In this document: piece after piece, positions 25,397 to 32,669 of the stretch
Position numbering within the stretch: the stretch's first letter is position 1
How the letters are laid out: every line of letters starts with the position of its first letter
DNA from: Nitrososphaerota archaeon
GTDB lineage: Archaea > Thermoproteota > Nitrososphaeria > Nitrososphaerales > Nitrosopumilaceae
Direction: 5' to 3'
NCBI GenBank assembly: GCA_028867235.1
Contig: JAGWGS010000001.1
Coordinates: forward strand, 1 to 32,669
DNA length: 32,669 nt
Program-made: the position numbers and the translations under genes
Notes under the pieces: model-generated
The model's database searches: none
The model's input: only the letters and a program-made list of their open reading frames with translations
What the model was told of the DNA's origin: nothing

Positions 25397-25675
25397 ATGA
25401 GCACTCCAAGAGAACAAAAGGCAATAGCAGTGCTTGCAATAGAGCACACCTTGTTGAAAATAAGTAACGACACATTGACCAAGGTAGAATCAAAGCTTCA
25501 AAGCGAATACAACTCTAGCATATCAGACTGTTATGACCATCCAGAATACCTTGCAAATGTTCTCAAGAACATATTTGGTACTGCATACGCCAAAGTGATA
25601 GGTGATGTAAACTCGTATCTACAAGAATTTACATATCAAAAACCAATAGCAGAATTTCTTGCCAAAATGCAGTAA
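25397..25675 (+). CDS. Thaumarchaeal output-domain protein (NitrOD5-like)
   Basis: AIEHTLLKI...KV...L...Y..SISDCYDHPEYLANVLKNIFG; AGGAG upstream. Confidence 0.75.
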   Translation: MSTPREQKAIAVLAIEHTLLKISNDTLTKVESKLQSEYNSSISDCYDHPEYLANVLKNIFGTAYAKVIGDVNSYLQEFTYQKPIAEFLAKMQ

Positions 25676-25753
25676 GATATCAATCATTTTCACAAGCTCG
25701 TTAATTGATGCTCATAGATACTGTAAAACTAGGGCCAGTTTTGTAGGTACATC

Positions 25754-26083
25754 ATGCTGCCTGTTATTTTCGACCTTTGGGGATGCATGACAGAATTATC
25801 AAAGAACTGCAGCGATATGAGTAATGCCTCATCGACATATATCGGAATAGTAGGAGGTGCGATAACTGGAGGAGTTGTTAGCTGGTGGGTATATAACAGA
25901 CAGAGAAAAACATCAGATCAACAAGACAAGATACTAGGAAGAATAAAGGACCTGGAAGAAAACCATACTGAAATATTGAAAAAATTAGAAGCATTTGATG
26001 ACAAACACGCATCATCACTTGACTCATTACAAGAATTAGACAAAAAACTAGATTCCATACTTGATAAGGTAAAAAACAAGTAG
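25754..26083 (+). CDS. Single-TM coiled-coil protein (true start may be 25787 or 25817)
   Basis: YIGIVGGAITGGVVSWWVYNRQ followed by a heptad-rich tail. Confidence 0.75.
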   Translation: MLPVIFDLWGCMTELSKNCSDMSNASSTYIGIVGGAITGGVVSWWVYNRQRKTSDQQDKILGRIKDLEENHTEILKKLEAFDDKHASSLDSLQELDKKLDSILDKVKNK

Positions 26084-26084
26084 T

Positions 26085-26240
26085 TTACTTGCTTGAAAAT
26101 GACCACTTGTCTTCCTTGTGCATCTTTAGTATCTGATCAGGAGGGATGTCTTTGTGGTCCACGCCGATGTGATTTGTATATCCTAGCAGACTGGTAAAAT
26201 TTTTTCCGCAAACAGGACAGTCTTTTGAAAATCCGCCCAT
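26085..26240 (-). CDS. C2H2 zinc-finger microprotein (51 aa, below the ORF-track cutoff)
   Basis: MGGFSKDCPVCGKNFTSLLGYTNHIGVDHKDIPPDQILKMHKEDKWSFSSK = C-x2-C-x3-F-x8-H-x4-H. Confidence 0.8.
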   Translation of the reverse strand: MGGFSKDCPVCGKNFTSLLGYTNHIGVDHKDIPPDQILKMHKEDKWSFSSK

Positions 26241-26363
26241 GATACACATTATAGAATTTTATATTTTAACATATTCCATATTATCACACGCAACTAGAAC
26301 AAAACCAGTGTCATTCAACATATAAAAACTGGTTTTAAAAAAAATGAATGCCAAATATTGTAA

Positions 26364-26546
26364 CTATTTCTTGCCAGACTCTTCTATTGCCTGGACTAGA
26401 TATTCCATCATTTTTGCAAGTCTCTTTTGATTATTAATTACCTCTAGTATAGTTGGTGCTCCACTATCCATTGGTTTTTGAATTGGCGCAGTCTCACTTT
26501 CATGTATCTTTAGTGCTGCTTCAAGAAATTCTTCTTTGCTTGTCAA
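26364..26546 (-). CDS. Small hypothetical protein
   Basis: 60-aa helical ORF filling a gap, T-rich tract downstream. Confidence 0.65.
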   Translation of the reverse strand: MTSKEEFLEAALKIHESETAPIQKPMDSGAPTILEVINNQKRLAKMMEYLVQAIEESGKK

Positions 26547-26658
26547 TCTACACCCAGAGTATATTGTACAATCTAGTATTTATCATCCTCGTAGATTCTC
26601 TCTTTTGTAAAAACTCTTCAGATATTATTTCTTGTAGACAACACAGAATAAAAAACGG

Positions 26659-27321
26659 TTATGTGACAATGTCCCCACTAGAGCCAGTAGAAAGATTGTT
26701 CCATGATTGATTCTTGTAATGATACGTCCATCCCCATGGATCTTCATTAAAAGAGTCAACACCAGTGAAATAATGATCAAGATAACTAAATGGTGTTGTA
26801 GATCCTGTTTGCCCATTACCATAAGTTCCCAAGAGTATGTCTGATTCGGAGCCTCCAAAATCAAATTTTCCCATGTCCTCCCTTGTGGCCAAAGTTGGAG
26901 AAAATGTTCCAGTAAACGTTGCAATATATCCTCCACTAAATTCACCTGTCGCAGTCTTTGGTTCAAGTACTCCATTTTGTGGACTAGGAACACCTGCAAA
27001 TGTATGGAATTTTCCGTCATATTGTACTAGAGCATAGAAACTTCCATCAGGTACTTTCCAGATTTTGATGTGTTTTGTATAATTATCTAGTGCCCAATAA
27101 CCAGAAAATCCAGAATCTTCATCATTTGTAACTTTATAGTTGATGTCAAGTACCAGAGAAGAGCCATGTAGCACATTGTTGTCATGTAGAAATGATTTGT
27201 GAGATATTTAGTGTGTAGGTATTGCATTTACTGATTCTATTGGTGCAATTAATGATATAATTGCCATAGAGCTTGCCGCTATAACGAGCAATTTGAGATA
27301 GTAAAGTTTTGGCATAGTCAT
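26659..27321 (-). pseudogene. Secreted beta-rich protein interrupted by an in-frame TAA
   Basis: MTMPKLYYLKLLVIAASSMAIISLIAPIESVNAIPTH*ISHKSFLHDNNVLHGSSLV...; stop at 27208-27210, frame continues into ORF 26659..27174. Confidence 0.7.
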
Positions 27322-27566
27322 TGCATCAAAATTACATTACAGATATTTAGAGATGATCCACACAAATGATACTATTTCAAATATTTCACATCATCAAACA
27401 CAAATGGCGTGCAAGCCAGATACAATTTAGAATCTCAAGATCCTTGTGAAAAAATGATTTAATACAATTTAATTAAAAAAAATAATATCAGACACCATAT
27501 TTTTCAACATATTTTATAGTCAAAATTTGTAGTTCATAGTCATGTTTATAAGATAGGTCCGGTACT

Positions 27567-28085
27567 ATGGAACAATTGTCAGACATGGTCAATCCCACAC
27601 GTGAGGACTGGATAGCATTTCTTGCATCCATAATGAGTGGAACTTCATCTGCAATTGGAGCTAACTCAAATCCAACAATAGTGATATTTGGTTTAGTTAT
27701 TGCTGCAATAGGCAAGTCTCTACCATCACTCGGAGATTGGAAAAATTTGGCGGTGTATCAGAGAATAGAGGATATTATATTGTTTATTTCCACAGTCGCA
27801 GGATATTTAGCAACTTCTCTTTCTGGAAATACGCATTATGTAATTTGGGGAATAATTTTAGGTATGATAGGCAAAGCAATTCCATCTCTAATTAACTACA
27901 AAGATGATCCAAAATCAAGAGTAGAAGATGTTGCATCTCTTGTCATAGTAGCAATAGGCGGTGCCATATACTTTTTACAAAATGATACCAATAGTGCTAC
28001 TCTAGTATTGGCTTTAGGAATAATCTCAAAGGCACTTCCTTCATTACAGGGAAAGAATGCACAGCCTCAACAAAATGACCAATAG
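27567..28085 (+). CDS. 6-TM membrane protein made of three internal repeats
   Basis: Three units R(x)ED...(2 TM)...I(G/S)K(S/A)(L/I)PSL. Confidence 0.8.
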   Translation: MEQLSDMVNPTREDWIAFLASIMSGTSSAIGANSNPTIVIFGLVIAAIGKSLPSLGDWKNLAVYQRIEDIILFISTVAGYLATSLSGNTHYVIWGIILGMIGKAIPSLINYKDDPKSRVEDVASLVIVAIGGAIYFLQNDTNSATLVLALGIISKALPSLQGKNAQPQQNDQ

Positions 28086-28120
28086 GACAACGCTACGTAT
28101 AGGATGGTAATACATACAAC

Positions 28121-28594
28121 ATGTCTATAAAAACAGATTTTGTCAATTGGTTGATTGCCAACGTTCCCGGACTTGATGCATATTATGGAATCGACAAAAT
28201 AAACCAGTGGGCAAGCGGTTTACTTGGCAGTGTAATATATGACAGATGGTTTAACAAATGGCAGACAGGAGACATATCAGGATTAAAAGCAGACATTAAT
28301 GCTGTAATAACAGGAATCAATTCACAGTACAGCAACTATATGGACAAAGCAAAAAACAGTGGCGACTTTATGAGACAGATTATTTACACAATTTCAAATT
28401 TTGTCCAACAAACTAAAGATCAAGTGACAATGTGGCAAAGCATTGTTTTAAATTCTCAGACAGATCAAAAAATGAAAGATTTTGCCCAGAGTTTATTGAC
28501 AGCATATCAAGCACAATTCAAACAGACTTCAGATACTTTATCATTATACCAGAAAGATCTAGCAGACGGCATTGCAAAAGGCATATACATTTGA
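28121..28594 (+). CDS. Hypothetical helical protein
   Basis: 157-aa ORF 35 nt after the repeat membrane protein, same strand. Confidence 0.75.
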   Translation: MSIKTDFVNWLIANVPGLDAYYGIDKINQWASGLLGSVIYDRWFNKWQTGDISGLKADINAVITGINSQYSNYMDKAKNSGDFMRQIIYTISNFVQQTKDQVTMWQSIVLNSQTDQKMKDFAQSLLTAYQAQFKQTSDTLSLYQKDLADGIAKGIYI

Positions 28595-28648
28595 AAACAT
28601 ATTTTTGGAAAAATAATGACAGTTTTGTATTTTAATCCTGTTATACCC

Positions 28649-29905
28649 CTATAGTTTTCCGTACTCTTCTTCATCAGAGTATGCCCTTTCTGCGTGCTCT
28701 TCAATATCAAGTCCTGCCTCTTCAACTTCGGGCTTGACACGGATTGGAATCAATGACTTGATTATCTTGAGTATGACCCAAGTTCCTCCAAATCCCATGA
28801 TTACCGCAATTGCCACACCTATTGCTTGTGCCCCAAGCTGTCCTGGATTTCCAAAGAGCCAGCCGTTTATTCCAAGATGGTTTACTGCAGAATCTGCAAA
28901 CACTCCAACTAGTAATGAACCAATAATTCCTGCAACTCCGTGCACTGCTCCAATATCAAGTGCATCATCAATCTTTAGTTTCTCTTTAAACACAGGAACC
29001 ATCAAAGATGATGCAAAGCCTGCAATAATTCCAATTACTACAGCATATTCCACCCCAACATATCCTGATGCAGGAGTAATTCCTGCAAGTCCTGCAACTG
29101 CACCGTTGATTGCCGCAATGACACTTGATTTTCTTGTCCTAATCCAAAATATTACAACCCAGATAAGACATGACACTGCAGATGCCATCTGTGTGTTGAC
29201 AATTGTAATGCCTGAAAGTGAGCCTGCTGCATATGCACTTCCTGCATTAAATCCAAACCAACCCAGCCACAACAACGAAGATCCTAAAACTGCAAGCGGG
29301 ATGTTGTGGGGCACCATTATTCCAGGGCCAAATCCTAGTCTTCTTCCAAGAACAAGTGCCGCTGCAATTCCTCCAACACCTGTAGTTGTGTGAATTATCA
29401 TTCCTCCTGCAAAATCCACTACTCCAAGTTTGTGGAGCCACCCGTCTCCCCATATCCAATGTACAAGCGGATAGTAAATCAGTGCACTCCATGCTACAAT
29501 AAACAAAACATAAGCGCTAAACTTCATCCTCTCTGCAACAGCACCCGTAAGTATCAGAGGAGTTATTACTGCAAACATCATCTGGAACATGGCAAATGAT
29601 ACCCCTGGAACTGTAGGGGCGTAATGGAGCCCCTCATTTTGCGAGACACCTTTTAGGAATCTCCAGTCCATATTTCCCGTAATTCCCTCTCCAGTGTCAG
29701 GTCCAAATGTAAGACTAAAGCCTACTGTAAACCACATTACACTAAGAAGTGCAAGACCAAAGAAAATTTGCATGAAAACAGAGACTGCATTTTTTTGTCT
29801 CAAAAGTCCTGCTTCAAACATCCCAAGTGCTGGGATCATGAGCAGTACCAAGCTAGATGCTATCATCAGCCAGGCGGTATCGCCTGTGTTAATCGGAACG
29901 GGCAA
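28649..29905 (-). CDS. amtB: Ammonium transporter (Amt family)
   Basis: GDTAW, FQMMFA, AERMKF, HWIW, DFAGGMIIH, LWLGWFGFNAGS, AGLAGITP, DDALDIGAVHG; twin His conserved. Confidence 0.97.
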   Translation of the reverse strand: MPVPINTGDTAWLMIASSLVLLMIPALGMFEAGLLRQKNAVSVFMQIFFGLALLSVMWFTVGFSLTFGPDTGEGITGNMDWRFLKGVSQNEGLHYAPTVPGVSFAMFQMMFAVITPLILTGAVAERMKFSAYVLFIVAWSALIYYPLVHWIWGDGWLHKLGVVDFAGGMIIHTTTGVGGIAAALVLGRRLGFGPGIMVPHNIPLAVLGSSLLWLGWFGFNAGSAYAAGSLSGITIVNTQMASAVSCLIWVVIFWIRTRKSSVIAAINGAVAGLAGITPASGYVGVEYAVVIGIIAGFASSLMVPVFKEKLKIDDALDIGAVHGVAGIIGSLLVGVFADSAVNHLGINGWLFGNPGQLGAQAIGVAIAVIMGFGGTWVILKIIKSLIPIRVKPEVEEAGLDIEEHAERAYSDEEEYGKL

Positions 29906-29967
29906 GATGCAGATATCCCAGTGTATGGTCTATTAAGTATTTTCCAAACAGGCTTGCAAGAAAGAGA

Positions 29968-30369
29968 TCAGGAAGGTGGAACCATGTGATGTACTTTTTC
30001 TGGCAATATTTTTAGTAAGATTCTTTTTTCACCGGGCCTTGCAAACGGATATTTTTCCACACCAAGATATTTTTTTGCCATCTTGTCAATGTGGATATCT
30101 GCCCCAACGTCTGTTTGTTCTATTACTTTGCCTCTGACTGTTACCATGTGATACGGATTGTTCTTGTCAACTATAGATACAGCAACTCTCGGGTCTCGTG
30201 ATACATTTTTTTGCTTGACTCTCCCTTGTGCGGTATTTACTAGAATGACATCATCTACCAAGTCTATCCACACTGGTGTTATCTGCGGAGAATTGTCAGC
30301 CATCACTGTTGCAATATATCCAAGATTTGTATCAAGGAACAATTTTGCAACTTTAGGTTCAAGTTTCAT
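29968..30369 (-). CDS. PPOX-class putative F420-dependent oxidoreductase
   Basis: IATVMADNSPQITPVW...NTAQGRVKQKNVSRDPRVAV...VRG...KKYLG. Confidence 0.9.
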   Translation of the reverse strand: MKLEPKVAKLFLDTNLGYIATVMADNSPQITPVWIDLVDDVILVNTAQGRVKQKNVSRDPRVAVSIVDKNNPYHMVTVRGKVIEQTDVGADIHIDKMAKKYLGVEKYPFARPGEKRILLKILPEKVHHMVPPS

Positions 30370-30968
30370 TATACAGGAGCCTTGTTTCCAAACTTGCCTT
30401 GCATTATAATATCAGAGAGCGGTACTCGGGTGTTTGGTACCTCTCTTGCCTGGAGGTCTTGAGGCAACTTTTCTTTCTGTCCTTTCTTTCCAATTGCAAT
30501 CATCACCATGACATCATAGTCTTGTGGAACTTCAAGTACATCTCTTGCCTTGGCATAATCAAATCCTGCCATTGCATGTGTAGCCAACCCTTGTGAGACT
30601 GCCTGGATTGCAAGATTCTCCCATGCAGCACCAGTATCAAACTGGTGTGTCAAGGATGGTTTTCCATTGTGTTCTTTCTTTGATAAAACAACAACAAGAG
30701 CAGACGCATCCTTGCACCATTGCTTGTTAAAGTCAATTAAAAGATCAAAAAACCCATTCCATTCACTAGAGCCTTTTTTTGCATACACAAATCTCCATGG
30801 TTGGCTGTTTGACGCAGATGGTGCCCACCTTGCAGACTCGAATAAAGAAAAAAGTTCCTTGTCAGGTATGTCATATTGCGCAAAAGATCTTGGCGACCAT
30901 CTGTTCACCAGTACTTCATTTATTGAAAATTGTGGTACTCGAGTTTTTTGCACCTCGGAATCTATCAT
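30369..30968 (-). CDS. Nitroreductase family protein
   Basis: RWSPRSF, ARWAPSASNSQPWRF, FDTGAAW, HAMAGFD, IAIG. Confidence 0.94.
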   Translation of the reverse strand: MIDSEVQKTRVPQFSINEVLVNRWSPRSFAQYDIPDKELFSLFESARWAPSASNSQPWRFVYAKKGSSEWNGFFDLLIDFNKQWCKDASALVVVLSKKEHNGKPSLTHQFDTGAAWENLAIQAVSQGLATHAMAGFDYAKARDVLEVPQDYDVMVMIAIGKKGQKEKLPQDLQAREVPNTRVPLSDIIMQGKFGNKAPV

Positions 30969-31005
30969 GGTACTACAAAATAATTTTGGATAATTAAGTC
31001 TAGCA

Positions 31006-31638
31006 CTAGGGCTTGCCGTTTACTTTTGTAAATATTGGTTCCATGTACCTGCCAGATGCAATTACAGCCAATGATACACCACAACCCAATAGTATTCCAC
31101 CTATTACATCCATCGGATAGTGGACCCCCACATAGACCCGAGAAAATGCTACCAACATTGCTTCAATTCCAAGTATTATTGAAAATACAATCTGTCTTGA
31201 CCTGTTAAATGTCAACAAGAGTATTGTTGCACCTGCCGATACCATTACTGCGTGCCCTGACGGAAATGATGCGTCATGCTCATTTTTTATCAACAGCCTA
31301 TCATCAGGTACAGTAGGTCTCTGTCTGTCAATTTCTGATTTTATCACGCTTCCAAGTGGAATTAAAATCAAAAACGCTATTGTAAGAAATACTGCAGTTT
31401 TTCTTCCATCTTTTTTACCAAACACAAACAATACTGCAACAACAGGAATCCAGATAAACTCTCTTCCAAATTTGCTCAAAAGTACCATGATATGGTCCAG
31501 TGCCCCTCCCACAGGATTTACACCAGATAATGCAGAATTGTCAAATGATACCACTTGAGAGTTATTATGAGAAATCAATACAGCAAGTATTCCAAATAAT
31601 GCCAGCAGTACCGCAGAAGGTACAACATATTTCATCAT
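31006..31638 (-). CDS. PAP2-family phosphatase (lipid/undecaprenyl-diphosphatase-like)
   Basis: KSEIDRQRP, SFPSGHA, SRVYVGVHYPMDV. Confidence 0.94.
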   Translation of the reverse strand: MMKYVVPSAVLLALFGILAVLISHNNSQVVSFDNSALSGVNPVGGALDHIMVLLSKFGREFIWIPVVAVLFVFGKKDGRKTAVFLTIAFLILIPLGSVIKSEIDRQRPTVPDDRLLIKNEHDASFPSGHAVMVSAGATILLLTFNRSRQIVFSIILGIEAMLVAFSRVYVGVHYPMDVIGGILLGCGVSLAVIASGRYMEPIFTKVNGKP

Positions 31639-31785
31639 ACCCTTGAGGCAGAGTTTGTGGGCATTTCAAGATATCTCTTTGACATATCAACAATAAAGGA
31701 ATTAGTTGACTTGTAACAAACTTAGCTTAACTCTAACCATACAAGCTTATGACAACTTATGAGATCGCCGGTGCATATACAAGAC

Positions 31786-31926
31786 ATGCAAACCAAAACA
31801 AACCCCACTGTGTGGGCAGGCGAAGTCCGCGCTCCCTTTAAGAAAGTAATAGCATATGATGCCTTGTTTTTGGGATTAGGCATCATGATTGGAGCAGGAA
31901 TAGTTACAGCAGTCCTAGTCAGATAG
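31786..31926 (+). CDS. Single-TM microprotein (46 aa)
   Basis: MQTKTNPTVWAGEVRAPFKKVIAYDALFLGLGIMIGAGIVTAVLVR; not in the ORF track. Confidence 0.55.
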   Translation: MQTKTNPTVWAGEVRAPFKKVIAYDALFLGLGIMIGAGIVTAVLVR

Positions 31927-32023
31927 GACTGTTTAATTTTTCAAAAAATCCCTTCAAGTTCATTTCATCAATACAAAATCTACATCACTTTTTTAAGTCA
32001 TAAACAGTACAGTACATCTAGAC

Positions 32024-32669
32024 GTGAAAATTCTAGTTTTAGTCATTGCAGCCTCAATAACAGTTGCAGTGATTGCCTCAATCTCACTTTTTGCATTTCA
32101 TGACAATAGACCCACTTGTTCTTTTTGTCCTGAAATATCAACTCAGGCAAGCCAGTCTTTAGAAGAAAATAACCTGCCTATGCAAAATATCACTACTGTA
32201 ATAATTCCACCAGGTGCAGAGGATGCAGGTTCAAGAAAAAACTATGAACCTCAATATCTTCATCTGGTAATTGGAGTCAACAACACTGTAAAGTGGATTA
32301 ATGACGGTATTGCCAGTAGTAGCGTTTTTGCTGATAATCATGATGATCCTAATTTCTATAATGCAACTAGCCCCATACCTCCAGCAGAGAATCATGTAAA
32401 ATCTCAAAACTTTCTAAAACCAGGGGAATCATTTGAGTATACGTTTACCAAAGTGGGTTATTTTGGATACCACAGCGAACCTCATCCATGGATGCGAGGA
32501 TGGGTCTTGGTATTACCACAAGACACTGAAAATCTATTACGCACAGTTGTTCTAAACGACACAGACATCATCGGGCCATGTGCAATATTTGAGGTACCAT
32601 GCCCAAATACACACACTGTTACCGCACAGAAACTTGGAACCAACATTTACATTGAAAAAATGACCCTAA
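32024..32669 (+). CDS. Membrane-anchored cupredoxin (plastocyanin-like) protein, degenerate Cu site, truncated by the window end
   Basis: GTG 32024: TM, CSFC, IIPPGAED..YEP...VIGVNNTVKWIN...LKPGESFEYTFTKVGYFGYHSEPHPWMRGWV; no stop before the end. Confidence 0.85.
   Translation, partial: MKILVLVIAASITVAVIASISLFAFHDNRPTCSFCPEISTQASQSLEENNLPMQNITTVIIPPGAEDAGSRKNYEPQYLHLVIGVNNTVKWINDGIASSSVFADNHDDPNFYNATSPIPPAENHVKSQNFLKPGESFEYTFTKVGYFGYHSEPHPWMRGWVLVLPQDTENLLRTVVLNDTDIIGPCAIFEVPCPNTHTVTAQKLGTNIYIEKMTL

Noticed and set aside
26625-27020. 131-aa alternative-frame ORF overlapping the pseudogene on the same strand
   Set aside because: No protein-like motifs; the other frame is continuous with the signal peptide, so no frameshift is needed
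28734-29393. 219-aa + strand ORF (and similar antisense ORFs such as 12472-12960 and 20107-20484)
   Set aside because: Antisense shadows of well-supported genes (amtB, NiCoT, regulator) with no motifs of their own

Overview
An AT-rich, gene-dense window from an ammonia-oxidising archaeon (Nitrososphaerota/Thaumarchaeota, Nitrosopumilales/Nitrosotalea-like). The assignment is inferred from PEF(G)-CTERM sorting signals, an IPSWIK-type C-terminal domain, NitrOD-like DCYEHPEYL proteins, an AOA-type Amt, a cupredoxin-like gene and TATA boxes about 25 nt upstream of starts. I found no rRNA, tRNA, CRISPR array or transposase. Main contents: msrA and a MarR locus with a clear operator; an unusual adjacent proteasome beta-alpha pair (propeptide-less beta, alpha lacking the YDR gate) that shares a 26-bp operator with a Zn-finger/wHTH operon; a ~10 kb metal (Cu/Ni) region with NiCoT, Met-rich protein, DUF302, His-N-terminal secreted proteins, a CopC-CopD-beta-propeller fusion and a membrane protein + wHTH pair, linked by a repeated 18-bp promoter motif; radical SAM, SIMPL, amt, PPOX, nitroreductase and PAP2 genes; a structured intergenic element; an unlisted C2H2 microprotein; a nonsense-interrupted secreted gene; and a cupredoxin with a degenerate type-1 Cu site. 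All family calls come from motif recognition, not database searches.
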